This document shows, piece by piece, positions 28,033-38,098 of a stretch of DNA of 64,000 bases. The translations under genes were made by a program, and so were the position numbers. The notes under the pieces were generated by a model. It worked only from the letters and a program-made list of their open reading frames with translations, was not told where the DNA came from and did no database searches. This DNA comes from a virus. Positions within the stretch are counted from its first letter, which is position 1; every line of letters starts with the position of its first letter. The stretch is taken from IMG/VR virus record IMGVR_UViG_3300025617_000006; one strand, written 5' to 3'.

Positions 28033-29196
28033 TTACGAGAATGTTACACCTGCTACTGACACACGTGCCAAGTAGTCTGCCGCATTACCAAGAGATGATG
28101 CAGTGTTGTTTAACTCTACATAACCGTATCTTGTCATGAACGATACTACTGGTTCGAATGTTGCCGGATCAAGTACAACACCTGAAGACATAAGCGGGAT
28201 GTATGGGCAATAGAATGCCGCCGCATCTGACTCTGATGTGCCTTTGTAACCAACAAGTACGTCTGTTGTGTCGGCTGCATATGCGTCTACGTATACTTTC
28301 ATTGCTCCGTTAAGAGTACCTACTAACTTAGTGTTAGTTGGTGCATCAAAAGTACCTTCAGTTGTTCTTGCGAACGCTGAAGTTGTAGCAGACTGTAGTA
28401 CAGTTAACGTATGCGGTGATACCACTGCAAAGTTACCTGCGCCACGGCGTGTACGCTGTGCAATTTTGTTAGCCGCTCTGTTGATCATTACTGCAAGTGC
28501 CGCATGTTCGTCACCGACGAATGTAGCAGTACCTGATACAGCAGTTTGATCATATTGAACGTCTGACTCAGCCGCTCCAGCCAAGTTGCGTAGTGAAGAA
28601 AGAACTTCTTGGTCGATTTCAGCAGTAATTTCTTGTGCTAATGCCGCCATGATTTCCGCTTCCACGTCAATGCCTTGTTGTGCTTGTGCGTCTTGTGCAG
28701 ACTCAAAAGTCCAACGTGCTGACAATTTACGTGTCTTCGCTTCGACTGTTTGCTTTAAGATCTGAATTGACAAACGCTTACCTGCTTCACCTTCAAGTGC
28801 CGCAGTTGCTGATGCCTTATCAGTTGCTCCACCACCGGAATAGCCTAAGCCAATCTTAAATGGTGATAGTGCTTCCTCACCTGCGGTTACGTCATCAAGT
28901 GTGTCTGAATAACGTACACGTAAAGTGTGGATTTGGCCGACTGGGCCAGTCATTGGTTGTACACCAACGATTTCGTTTGCGATGACTGTTGGCATCACAC
29001 GTCTGATTACTGGTAGGATAACTCTGTTTAAAGTTGCAACATTACCTGCAGAAGTGGCACCTGCTGTCGCGCTCTCATTCAAATACCTTTTAGTATTCTC
29101 TAGAGTTGCGGACATTACAGATTTTTTCGTGCCTTGTAGGCCTTCAAGTAATGCGCTTTTAGTTTCCTGCCAGCGTCCTTCTAATAGTTCTGACAT
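28033..29196 (-). CDS. gp23: Major capsid protein (T4 gp23-like)
   Basis: ILPVIRRVMPTVIANEIVGVQPMTGPVGQI, TVEAKTRKLSARWTFE.AQD, EITAEID, RTRRGAGNF, AAAFYCPYIPL, FMTRYG. Confidence 0.96.
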   Translation of the reverse strand: MSELLEGRWQETKSALLEGLQGTKKSVMSATLENTKRYLNESATAGATSAGNVATLNRVILPVIRRVMPTVIANEIVGVQPMTGPVGQIHTLRVRYSDTLDDVTAGEEALSPFKIGLGYSGGGATDKASATAALEGEAGKRLSIQILKQTVEAKTRKLSARWTFESAQDAQAQQGIDVEAEIMAALAQEITAEIDQEVLSSLRNLAGAAESDVQYDQTAVSGTATFVGDEHAALAVMINRAANKIAQRTRRGAGNFAVVSPHTLTVLQSATTSAFARTTEGTFDAPTNTKLVGTLNGAMKVYVDAYAADTTDVLVGYKGTSESDAAAFYCPYIPLMSSGVVLDPATFEPVVSFMTRYGYVELNNTASSLGNAADYLARVSVAGVTFS

Positions 29197-29208
29197 TATT
29201 TTCTCCTT

Positions 29209-30312
29209 TTAATTTAATCCTGCAAGTCGTCTAATGTCTACAACATTATCTGTTGTTGCAGAATTGCTTGCGCTACTAACGTTAGATTCTTCTTTATTGC
29301 CTGTTACTTCTTTAGCCTCTTTTAATGTCGCCTTCTTCCTAGCAGGAGTGTTACCGTCAATAACTGATGGTAAGTACTTGTCAAACTGTTTTTGGATATT
29401 AGCAGTTTGTACAGACTCCAGTAAGTCTAACATTATTTCTTTCTGATCTGTACTCAACGGAGCAGTTAATTCAGAAATAATTTCTTTTCTTTGTGCAGTT
29501 GCATATGCACGTTTAATTTGTGCATCTTTTGATTCAACTAATTTTGCTTTCTCGTCAGCAATTTTCTTAGCCTCTGCAAGTTGCTTGTCTTTCAACCCAA
29601 CTACCTGTAACAATTTTGCAGTTTCAGACTTCTCATTTAAATGTGAATTCTGATACTCGTCTGCAAATGTTTCAAACAGTTTACGTCCAAAGTCATTCTT
29701 ACGTGCTACATCAATATCTTCTTTAAGAGATTTGATCTCTTTATTAAGTGTCTTTGTAACAGTATTCTCTACAACTTTAGCACCTTTCTTAATGAAAGAT
29801 TCTTTTACAGTTTGTAAGTGCTTCTTAGCCTCTCTAATTAGTCGAACTTTTGTTTCTGCAAGGTCCTTCTTATCTTCATGGAACTCTGCAATTTCCTTCG
29901 CCAAAGCCTCTACAACAAATTCTTCCAACTTGCCAAACTTAGTTGACATAGCCTTTTGATCTTCGTGTAGTTCCGAAACTTCTTTACCAAGTTGCTGAAC
30001 AACAAAGTTTTTAAGTAGGTCTGCGTTTTCGCGCATTGCTACGTGGTACTTTGCTCTTGCTTCAGCAAGTTTCTGTCTATCTTCTGCAAATTCAGTGATC
30101 TCTTCATGTAGTCTGTCGTCAAGCATTTTTTCAACTGCTTCAACCATTACAGATTTATCATGCTCATATTTTTGAGCAAATTCTTCACGAAGTTCTGCTG
30201 TTACTTGCATACGATTTTCAGTAATCTTGGTATCCCAAGCCTCTTGGATGTCGGCTTTAACTTCTTCCGAAACTGCATTGCTCTCTAATAGTGATTTCAG
30301 TGCGTCCAACAT
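29209..30312 (-). CDS. gp22: Prohead core scaffold protein (gp22-like)
   Basis: Coiled-coil, E/K-rich 367 aa lying between gp21 and gp23; FGRKLFETF motif. Confidence 0.8.
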   Translation of the reverse strand: MLDALKSLLESNAVSEEVKADIQEAWDTKITENRMQVTAELREEFAQKYEHDKSVMVEAVEKMLDDRLHEEITEFAEDRQKLAEARAKYHVAMRENADLLKNFVVQQLGKEVSELHEDQKAMSTKFGKLEEFVVEALAKEIAEFHEDKKDLAETKVRLIREAKKHLQTVKESFIKKGAKVVENTVTKTLNKEIKSLKEDIDVARKNDFGRKLFETFADEYQNSHLNEKSETAKLLQVVGLKDKQLAEAKKIADEKAKLVESKDAQIKRAYATAQRKEIISELTAPLSTDQKEIMLDLLESVQTANIQKQFDKYLPSVIDGNTPARKKATLKEAKEVTGNKEESNVSSASNSATTDNVVDIRRLAGLN

Positions 30313-30322
30313 CTTGTTCTCC

Positions 30323-30949
30323 TTATTTTAATCCTTTGATGATGTTTACTAAGGATTCTTTTAAATACTTCTGTGCCTTTTTATCATTTTTAACTTCGTG
30401 AGCCGTTGTTAGTGCCTGATACCCACCGCGGGTATTCATCAAATGCTCGTAAATTGGTGTTGGATATGCACCAGGAGCAGATGGTTGAGCAACAATATCG
30501 ACTGTGATAATTTCAAAGTCACTTACATTGTTGTCTTCGTTAACGTTACCTGAACCACGCGATGAAACACCTAGTTTAACTCCGCTTTCAAGCATTGTTT
30601 TAACTAAGGTGCCCATCGGTGTTGGTAAAATTTTCATTTTTCCATAACCGTTTGGTCCATCCATCCACATTTCTGTCATCATATGGCTTACACGGTCAAG
30701 ATTGATATTAAGTCCTTCTGGATGATCAACTTCGCCAAGAACACTGTATCCTCCCGAGATTTGATCGTTAAGAGTGTTGACAGCCCTACTAATTTCGCTT
30801 ACAGGATACACACGCTGGTTTGCGTTGCGTACACCACCTTGGATGCAAATACCTTTCAAATGAAGGTTTTTACTACCATCTTCTAGATTAGTAGTCTCCA
30901 GGACGATCTGCGCCTGGTCGAATGTCAAGTTCTCACGTAAGTTTAACAT
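30323..30949 (-). CDS. gp21: Prohead protease (gp21-like)
   Basis: GICIQ...NANQRVYP, LGEVDHP, INLDRVSH, TPMG, GVSSRGSG, TVDIVAQPSAPGAY. Confidence 0.95.
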   Translation of the reverse strand: MLNLRENLTFDQAQIVLETTNLEDGSKNLHLKGICIQGGVRNANQRVYPVSEISRAVNTLNDQISGGYSVLGEVDHPEGLNINLDRVSHMMTEMWMDGPNGYGKMKILPTPMGTLVKTMLESGVKLGVSSRGSGNVNEDNNVSDFEIITVDIVAQPSAPGAYPTPIYEHLMNTRGGYQALTTAHEVKNDKKAQKYLKESLVNIIKGLK

Positions 30950-30966
30950 CTAATAAGTTCCTAATA

Positions 30967-31899
30967 TTAAGAGCCGATGATTGATTTATCATCCACTCCA
31001 GTTTCGCCTGTGCCTTTTTTCTCAGCACCGTGGCCTTTGGCATTAGACATTGACTTTGAAGCCTTTGCGCCTGGAACATTTACGTTACCTGCATTGTCTT
31101 CTTTAGGAGCACTAGCACCAGTTCCGCCTTTTTCTTCTGCTGAACCTTTTGCAATATTTGCAGTAGTACCGCCCATGTCATTTTTACCTGCTACTGGTGA
31201 TTTCGCTTTGTTATCTTCGCCTTTTGGCTCAGAAACTTTTTCTACGTACTCACGCATTTGTTCTGCTTGAGTTTTTTCACCTTCATATGCAGGCTGTGTG
31301 TCTACACCAAGATCTGAAGCATCAAATGCTTCATCTTCTTGCTCTTCATCACCTTCGTCGTCGCCCATGTCCATTTCAGCATCGTCGCCTTCATCGTCCA
31401 TGTCGCCTTCGTCACCGTCCATCATTTTTTCAAATTCTGCTTTAAGGTCATCAAGTGCATCTTCTAGGTCTACAACGCGGTCTTCTAATTCTTCTTCACC
31501 TTCGTCGTCACCTTCGTCGTCACCACCTTCAATATCAGCCATCATGTCATCGGTTGGATCACCGCCCATGTCGTCTTCTGCTTCAGGGGTAAATTCTGTA
31601 AAGTTTTCATCAACTTCTTCATCAGTTGCTTCATCAACTTCTTCGTCATCGTCGTCGTCATCATCTTCATCTTTTGATTCGTCGACTTCTTCGTCAGTTG
31701 TTTCATCAACTTCTTCATCTGATGCTTCATCAACTTCTTCGTCGTCTGACTCATCAACTTCTAGATCTGTTTCTAAAAGATTTTCATAAATTGTTCTTGA
31801 TTTTTCAACTACAATCTCGTGGAATAATTCTTCCGCCGCTTTGCGATCTTCGTTGACTAATTTTTCGAGCATTTCCTCGAACTTGTTACGATCTGCCAT
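30967..31899 (-). CDS. Highly acidic prohead core protein (gp67-like position)
   Basis: Extremely D/E-rich with DEEVDE repeats; sits between portal and protease. Confidence 0.65.
   Translation of the reverse strand: MADRNKFEEMLEKLVNEDRKAAEELFHEIVVEKSRTIYENLLETDLEVDESDDEEVDEASDEEVDETTDEEVDESKDEDDDDDDDEEVDEATDEEVDENFTEFTPEAEDDMGGDPTDDMMADIEGGDDEGDDEGEEELEDRVVDLEDALDDLKAEFEKMMDGDEGDMDDEGDDAEMDMGDDEGDEEQEDEAFDASDLGVDTQPAYEGEKTQAEQMREYVEKVSEPKGEDNKAKSPVAGKNDMGGTTANIAKGSAEEKGGTGASAPKEDNAGNVNVPGAKASKSMSNAKGHGAEKKGTGETGVDDKSIIGS
31606..31761 (-). repeat. Imperfect 24-nt tandem repeat encoding (x)xDEEVDE
   Basis: tcatcaacttcttc recurs on the + strand; protein reads DEEVDEASDEEVDETTDEEVDE...DEEVDEATDEEVDE. 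Confidence 0.75.
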
Positions 31900-32014
31900 T
31901 TTTTGTCCTCCTATAAGAATGTTTACGGTAAGGCTGTCAATTGTATTTACAGTTTAATAGAAATATACGTGGAAAATGGTGTCAAAATGCGCAATTTTGA
32001 AACCTTAATGTGAT

Positions 32015-32626
32015 TTACTTAAATCTTTCTAAAAATTCGTCAACTGTTATATGTGACAAATTTGAAAAAGACTTTAATCCTTTAGGTATAAAGACATCAT
32101 TGTCTTGTACTACTCTTATATATCTCTTTTTTCCATTTCTCTGTAAAATAATACCAGTTTGACGCTCCCAATTACCGAAGTATGTTGCAGGGTCTGTTTT
32201 ACGCTTGTAATTGTATGTTCCTGCATACAGATTGTTTACTCTATCTGATTTATCGCCTCTTCCAGTGGTGCCTTTATAATCAAAGCCTAAAATATAGATG
32301 TTTTCGTGCCCGTGTTCTGTTGCTAAATCTAATGCTGTTGGTCCAGAACTCCAGCCTTTACTTGGATTTAAAATGTTCAATTTGGCGATATCTTTGAAGT
32401 TTTTATTATGGTTAGTGTATACATTGTGCTTTAGTTGCCAGTTTGATTTTGCTATTTCTAGAACCATTTTGGCATCTACAGCAACCAAATGATCTGGTTC
32501 AAACTCTCTATATAAAGCATTACAGCCGTATACTACACCGTAATTTTTTAAGTTATCTAAGGGAATTGAGGCTCGACTTGTTCCGTTACCTAGCACAAAT
32601 GCTGTAGACATATACTTCTGCTCCAC
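32015..32626 (-). CDS. Glycosyltransferase-like protein (sialyltransferase/Maf-DUF115-type Rossmann fold)
   Basis: AFVLGNGTSR...YGCNALYR...LVAVD...SSGPTAL...IYILGFDY. The true start may be the second Met (MSTAFV). Confidence 0.6.
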   Translation of the reverse strand: MEQKYMSTAFVLGNGTSRASIPLDNLKNYGVVYGCNALYREFEPDHLVAVDAKMVLEIAKSNWQLKHNVYTNHNKNFKDIAKLNILNPSKGWSSGPTALDLATEHGHENIYILGFDYKGTTGRGDKSDRVNNLYAGTYNYKRKTDPATYFGNWERQTGIILQRNGKKRYIRVVQDNDVFIPKGLKSFSNLSHITVDEFLERFK

Positions 32627-32631
32627 ATATC

Positions 32632-32871
32632 TTAAACTTCAGGTTGTGATGAAATTCCGTACATTTGTCTTACAAAGTGCAATTCTTTTTGTTGCTCTTC
32701 GTTGTGGTACTCAGATGCTCTACGTGCTTTGTTAATCTGTCGTAACGTTAATCTAGTCTTGCGAGTATCGTCTTTTTGAACAATTGATTCGTCATCAATT
32801 GGATCATAAGATTTATCTTCGGTTGGTTCAATCATTTGTTTGTCAAAGTAAAAAAATTCACGTACTATCAT
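32632..32871 (-). CDS. Conserved small hypothetical protein (probably leaderless)
   Basis: 79 aa (DTRKTRLTLRQINKARR...VRQMYG). TAAATA overlaps the portal stop and lies 5 nt before the ATG. Confidence 0.7.
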   Translation of the reverse strand: MIVREFFYFDKQMIEPTEDKSYDPIDDESIVQKDDTRKTRLTLRQINKARRASEYHNEEQQKELHFVRQMYGISSQPEV

Positions 32872-32879
32872 AAAAGTAT

Positions 32880-34637
32880 TTATCCTTCTACCGGCGGAGC
32901 CGCGCCGCCTGCATCTACACCTGTTGTAGTATCTGGTGGTGTGTCAACACCTCCGTCAGTTGGTGCTGGCTCTGCACTAGGATCAATATCCTCTGCGCCG
33001 CCCATATCTGCACTAAGTCCTGCACCACTAATACCAACGTCTCGCATTTCTGCACTTGCATCTGTTGGTAACGGTGTTAGATTTTCATCATTTTCTTCAC
33101 GCCACATACGTTCGTTTTCTGCAACTTCTTCATCGTTCATTCCTAAGAATCGCTTCATAGCAAATCTGTTTGACAAAAACGGTACTGCTTGAATTTGTGT
33201 AAAAGTTGGAATTCTTACGTTATCAAGTTCGCTTTGTCTATAACTTGCAAAATTCATTGGTTCTTGGAATTGCAAATCAAACATTGAAATATCAATGTTC
33301 ATGCCTTTTTCTAGCAAGTAACGTTTAAATTCTTCGTTAAACTGATCAATAACAAGACTTTGTAATCTTTCACAATATTTGTTAAAACGTAATTCTTGAA
33401 TATATGCTGTGCCTACTCTGCCGTCATTGTGTTGACTCTGTCCTTCATCCTGTGCCGCTGTTGGCAAATAAGAACTTGGAATGCGTAAGCCTCTAATAAG
33501 TTTATTAGTAAAGTACTTTAAGTCGTCAATTTCACCTAAGTTAGTACCACCTGGTAATGTTTCAACTTTAGATCCTCTACCTTCTGCTGTTTGCGGGAAG
33601 AAATAATCTTCGTTAGTTGATAGCGGATTATATGCACTATCAACAACACTAGTTGATCCACCTGTTGCACTTGGAATGCGTCTTTGATGTATTTCTGTCT
33701 TAACACGTTCAACAAACTGCATTGCTAAGTGACTTGGCATATTACCTACGTCAATGTAAAATACTCGACGCTCTGGTGCTCTTTGTGTTCTGTAAATAAT
33801 GATAGCATCTTCAAGTAATTCTTTTTGTTTATAAACTTTAAAAATACTTTCAAGTAATGAATTACCAAAAGGAAAGTTATTGTCTAACCCTTCTGACAAA
33901 CTTAAATGTATAACGTGCTCTGCATCAATTGCATATTCGCCATCACCTGTTTGAAATCTTGACCCAGACTGAGAAGTTCCAGAATTGCCTGTCATTCCTT
34001 GCGAGCCACCTGATTGATAACCTGTAGCCGGTTGTGATGCACCGCCGCCTGTAATATTACCTGATGTTACATAAGGATCTGTTGCAATTTGATCTCTAAA
34101 ATTAAAGTTAATATCTTTAATAATATATTGTTCAGGACGCTTGCCTTCGCTTTCGTTTACAATAATACGTGAAACTTTTGCAGGATCAATGTGATACCAT
34201 TTTTTAGTTTCTGGATCTCTAATAAAAAATGCATCGCCCATTTTAAAAATGTTACGCAACACACGAAACATTTTCGTGTCAAACTTTTGCATTTTACTCC
34301 ATTGCAACAAATACTGTTGCAATACTTTAATCTCTGTAGTAGTTCCGGTTTTGTTAAACTTTAACGTAAAGTTTGTTCCGTTAGTTGGGTTTTGGTGTGA
34401 ACAAAATTCTGCTAGGATATCTAAAGCGGCATTTACTTCACTGTCATTATCCATAACATTATATTGACCATACCGTTCTACTCTATTCGGTGATCCGACA
34501 TATACATCCGGAAGATACGATGAATAATTTGAACGTGCTGGGCCAACATCGCTACCGCCGCGATTATTAAATGGACTCATTGAACCGTTACTGTTATTCC
34601 CAGTCGGTACGTTTGTAAAGTATCTTTTCCAACTCAT
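32880..34637 (-). CDS. gp20: Portal vertex protein (gp20-like)
   Basis: LLEDAIIIYRTQRAPERRVFYIDVGNMP, EDYFFP...GRGSKVETLPGGTNLGEIDDLKYF, LRIPSSYL, ELRFNKYCERLQ. Confidence 0.96.
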   Translation of the reverse strand: MSWKRYFTNVPTGNNSNGSMSPFNNRGGSDVGPARSNYSSYLPDVYVGSPNRVERYGQYNVMDNDSEVNAALDILAEFCSHQNPTNGTNFTLKFNKTGTTTEIKVLQQYLLQWSKMQKFDTKMFRVLRNIFKMGDAFFIRDPETKKWYHIDPAKVSRIIVNESEGKRPEQYIIKDINFNFRDQIATDPYVTSGNITGGGASQPATGYQSGGSQGMTGNSGTSQSGSRFQTGDGEYAIDAEHVIHLSLSEGLDNNFPFGNSLLESIFKVYKQKELLEDAIIIYRTQRAPERRVFYIDVGNMPSHLAMQFVERVKTEIHQRRIPSATGGSTSVVDSAYNPLSTNEDYFFPQTAEGRGSKVETLPGGTNLGEIDDLKYFTNKLIRGLRIPSSYLPTAAQDEGQSQHNDGRVGTAYIQELRFNKYCERLQSLVIDQFNEEFKRYLLEKGMNIDISMFDLQFQEPMNFASYRQSELDNVRIPTFTQIQAVPFLSNRFAMKRFLGMNDEEVAENERMWREENDENLTPLPTDASAEMRDVGISGAGLSADMGGAEDIDPSAEPAPTDGGVDTPPDTTTGVDAGGAAPPVEG

Positions 34638-34654
34638 ATTTTTTTCCTATGCCC

Positions 34655-36898
34655 TTATGCTCTTAATAAATTGCCCTGTAATGCTCTAGTTGCAGAAATT
34701 TGTGTTTTTAGTAATTTATTCTGCTCCTGTAACAATGCAATTAATTGGGCATTGCTTGCACTATCACTTGTATTTAACGCCGGATTCGCATTTGCTGCCG
34801 GCAATGTGGTTGGAAGTGTTGGCATTGTTGCCGGATCAACTTTTGCAACATTATTGTCAGGGGCTGGCGATTGTACCGGCTTTGGTTGTTTTGTTGGTTT
34901 AATTGCTTTAGCAGGATCGGCTTTTGGATCTGATTCTTCCTCATCATCTCCTCCCCACTGCCACCAACTTTTCTTTCGCTTGCCTTCATCTTTTAATTCT
35001 TCAGGTTCTTCGTCACCAACTAGCCACGATGGTAACCATCCTGTTAATTTGTCCCATAGTCCGCTAAAGAATCCTCCAATTGCCGCAAACGCATCAAATA
35101 CGCCGCCAAAGAAACTTTTAATATATTCCCAACCAAATATTGCTACAAGAGCGGCACCAATTGCTAGGAACGGTGCGGCAATTGGTGCAAATATCATTGT
35201 AAGTATGCCTGCGCCAAGACCAATAAGAATTGTATCAAGGTTGCTTACAATAGCATTCCAAATTCCTTCACCAATTGTTCCCATTAATGAACTAAATGCA
35301 CTTCCGATTGCTGGACTAATTTTTTCAGACCATACAATACCAACAAAGTTCATAATCTTATCTACCATTCCGTCACCTGCTTCGGCAGCACCCCACGATT
35401 CTTTAAGATAAGCAACAGTACCACTAACCCACTCAACTAGTCCTGTTGTAAACTCTTCAAGCATTGACATTTCGCCAGGGGCGCTCGTTGTAAAGTATTT
35501 TAAAAATTCACCAACAGCGTCAGTTGCCATTTTAAATATCCCAGACTCGACAAACCCTTCCATAAGTTTGCCTCTAGCATTTGCGATACTACTTTCAAAA
35601 TTAGCAAGTCCTGTAGTTCCTTTATCTCTGGCTTTTTGTTCAGCGGCAATTTGTGCTTCGGAATACCCTGCATACTTTGCTGTCATTTTACTATAATCGC
35701 TAATTCCGCCTAGTAACCCGTCAAAACCTTCTTTGCCCATTAACGCTTGGATCTGTGCTGGACTCATTTCTTTTAGCATTGCATCCATTTGAGGTCCAAA
35801 CGCCGCCATCTTCTTAATGTATTCTTCTTGACTAATGTTACCTTTGCCCATCTGCGTTTGTAGATCTTGGAATCCAGGTATAGTTGCCGCAAGTTTTTGT
35901 GCTAAAGGAGTTTGTGCTACACCGTCAGCCATGTCTTTAATAGCATCGCCGAATCCTGGTAATTCTGAATCAACAAATGCTATACTATTTTCAAAGTTTT
36001 TAAGTTCATCGCCTTGTAGTCTTAACTTCATAGCAAGTACGTTTGCTTCTGCATTTTGTTGTTTTAATAATGCTTCTGCTTCTTTTCGTGACTTACCTGT
36101 AACTTTTGCAAGTCTGTCGATTTGCATTAAATATTCTTCTGAGCCTGCACGTAGTTGCGCATCACTCATATTTTGCAATCGTCCTTGACGTGCTTGCATC
36201 TCCATATATTCAGCAGTGTGTTCTCCAAGAGCCTCCATGGTAAATCCCATGCCCATGAAATCTCTTCCACTGTCTCGAATATCTTTTTGGAGTTTTCCAA
36301 ATCTCATTGCGCCTTCGGTAACTGATCCTCCTAAGAGTTGCATACGTTCGGCGTTGTTACCAATTAGTTCAGCGTATTCTTTTAATCCTAAACCGGCTTG
36401 TGCGGCGGCCATGTTCATCTGTGTAATGTCGTTACCAAAACTAGCACCAACTTCGCTTAGTTCTCTAAAAGTATCAACGTTTCCTTCAAACACTCCAACA
36501 ACGGCTGATAATGTACTACCAACTAACGGAATATGCTGTGTAAAGTCACTCATCCTGTTGCCGCCGGATAGGAGTTCCATTCCAAGATCCATTGCACTGC
36601 CAGCAAGACCTGTTATTGCGCTACCGAGTAAGCCAGTTACTGATTTTACACCTTTGCCAAAGTCTTGTAATAATGTAGTCGAATTGGAAACTTCTTCGCC
36701 CATATCTCCTAGTTTACTACCAAGACCGCTAATGATTCCGCTTGGTCCGCCAGCACCACCGCCGCCAGCACCACCACCCGAACCGGTGCCACCGCCGCCA
36801 CTCTTAAGTGCTCTTAATATTTCCTTAAGAGTTGCATCTTCAGCCGCATTTTGGGCTATTACGTTACCAACTCCTGGAATATCAACTGTTACTGCCAT
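34655..36898 (-). CDS. Probable tape measure protein
   Basis: 747 aa, helical and A/G/M-rich, with a hydrophobic segment (ILIGLGAGILTMIFAPIAAPFLAIGAALVAIFGW) and W/F periodicity; adjacent to gp26/gp51. Confidence 0.65.
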   Translation of the reverse strand: MAVTVDIPGVGNVIAQNAAEDATLKEILRALKSGGGGTGSGGGAGGGGAGGPSGIISGLGSKLGDMGEEVSNSTTLLQDFGKGVKSVTGLLGSAITGLAGSAMDLGMELLSGGNRMSDFTQHIPLVGSTLSAVVGVFEGNVDTFRELSEVGASFGNDITQMNMAAAQAGLGLKEYAELIGNNAERMQLLGGSVTEGAMRFGKLQKDIRDSGRDFMGMGFTMEALGEHTAEYMEMQARQGRLQNMSDAQLRAGSEEYLMQIDRLAKVTGKSRKEAEALLKQQNAEANVLAMKLRLQGDELKNFENSIAFVDSELPGFGDAIKDMADGVAQTPLAQKLAATIPGFQDLQTQMGKGNISQEEYIKKMAAFGPQMDAMLKEMSPAQIQALMGKEGFDGLLGGISDYSKMTAKYAGYSEAQIAAEQKARDKGTTGLANFESSIANARGKLMEGFVESGIFKMATDAVGEFLKYFTTSAPGEMSMLEEFTTGLVEWVSGTVAYLKESWGAAEAGDGMVDKIMNFVGIVWSEKISPAIGSAFSSLMGTIGEGIWNAIVSNLDTILIGLGAGILTMIFAPIAAPFLAIGAALVAIFGWEYIKSFFGGVFDAFAAIGGFFSGLWDKLTGWLPSWLVGDEEPEELKDEGKRKKSWWQWGGDDEEESDPKADPAKAIKPTKQPKPVQSPAPDNNVAKVDPATMPTLPTTLPAANANPALNTSDSASNAQLIALLQEQNKLLKTQISATRALQGNLLRA

Positions 36899-36926
36899 TA
36901 TTATATACTCACTTTATACGATGCAA

Positions 36927-36952
36927 TAAATACTTTTGCTATATACTATTTA
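36927..36952. promoter_or_regulatory. Two opposed late promoters: TAAATA + (36927-36932) and TAAATA - (36947-36952)
   Basis: Both motifs lie in the 67-nt gap between divergently oriented genes. Confidence 0.65.
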
Positions 36953-36965
36953 GCAGGAGAACAAA

Positions 36966-37880
36966 ATGGCGGAAAATAATATGTTTAACAACGGTATGCA
37001 AGGAAGTATTCCTATGCAACCTACACCAGTGAACCCGTTACAAAAGCATTTTAGACAGCCTAAAATTTATATCAGATTACCTTCAGGTGGAAAATATTGG
37101 CCTGCTGGTTCTATTGAAATGCCGGAGAACGGAGAGTTACCGGTATATCCAATGACTGCTAAGGACGAACTAGTCCTTAAAACACCTGATGCTTTAATGA
37201 ATGGTGAATCAACTACTCAAATGATGAAAAGTTGTGTACCCAATATTAAAGATGCATCAGTTTGTCCAAGCATTGATCTAGATGCAATTTTAGTTGCTAT
37301 TAGAATTGCAACCTACGGGGAAACAATGACAGTAAAAGGAACCATTCCAAATACTGAAATTGAGAGAGACTATGATATTAATCTAGTTGAACTACTAGAC
37401 CGATTACAGCAAAATCAATATCCAGAAACTTTTAAAATTGGAGAGTTCACGTTTAGTATGCGACCAACTGCATATAAAACATTTACAGATTTGTCGTTGT
37501 TGAGATTTGAAGAAGAAAGAAAACTTCGTCAAATTAATGACAATACTAAAATGAACGATAAAGATAAATTAAAAGTGTTTAACGAGTCTTTTCAAAAGTT
37601 AACACAACTTACTCTACAAACAGTAGTAAGCCATGTTACAAGTGTTCAGTATCTTAACGAGGATCCAGTTACTGATCCAAATCACATTACTGAATTTTTT
37701 GAAAACGTCGATAGTGAATTATTTGAAAAACTACAAAAGTATATCGAAGAACTTAAAGTAGCATTTAGTATTCCAGAGTTTGATGCTGTTGCATCACAAG
37801 AAGAAATAGAGGCAGGCGCACCTGAAACTTACAAAGTTCCAGTAATGTTTGATCAATCAAATTTTTTCGCTCGTCGATAA
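36966..37880 (+). CDS. gp26: Baseplate hub assembly protein (gp26-like)
   Basis: PKIYIRLPS.G, VYPMTAKDELVL, DLDAILVAIRIATYGE. Confidence 0.75.
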   Translation: MAENNMFNNGMQGSIPMQPTPVNPLQKHFRQPKIYIRLPSGGKYWPAGSIEMPENGELPVYPMTAKDELVLKTPDALMNGESTTQMMKSCVPNIKDASVCPSIDLDAILVAIRIATYGETMTVKGTIPNTEIERDYDINLVELLDRLQQNQYPETFKIGEFTFSMRPTAYKTFTDLSLLRFEEERKLRQINDNTKMNDKDKLKVFNESFQKLTQLTLQTVVSHVTSVQYLNEDPVTDPNHITEFFENVDSELFEKLQKYIEELKVAFSIPEFDAVASQEEIEAGAPETYKVPVMFDQSNFFARR

Positions 37881-38098
37881 TGCACATGCCTCTTGACGAA
37901 ATTATTGCGTTAAGTAAAACTCTCGAACAACAATGTAAAAAAATTAAATACGATTTAATGAAAGTTGTATGGTATATGAGAGGTGGTGTGTCATTATCGG
38001 AAGCATACGACTTTGGTCCTGAGGACCGAGAAATTGTCAATAAGATAATTGAGGAAAACTTAGAAACTACTCAAAAAACTAAGATGCCGTTCTTTTAA
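37880..38098 (+). CDS. Baseplate hub assembly catalyst (gp51-like)
   Basis: Small ORF coupled to gp26 by a TAATG overlap; WYMRGGVSLSEAYDFGPEDREIV resembles the gp51 pattern. Confidence 0.55.
   Translation: MHMPLDEIIALSKTLEQQCKKIKYDLMKVVWYMRGGVSLSEAYDFGPEDREIVNKIIEENLETTQKTKMPFF

Noticed and set aside
31298-31856. Poly-Ser and His/Leu-rich plus-strand ORFs (31298..31789, 31626..31856)
   Set aside because: Antisense shadows of the D/E repeat gene.
31935-31986. Two TTGACA hexamers upstream of the acidic core gene (minus strand)
   Set aside because: Neither has a convincing -10 at 16-18 nt; the TAAATA at 31944-31949 explains expression.
34671-36929. Long plus-strand ORFs (246, 117 and 237 aa) opposite the tape measure gene, and similar shadows elsewhere
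   Set aside because: Fully antisense to well-supported genes; explained by codon bias leaving the reverse frame open.
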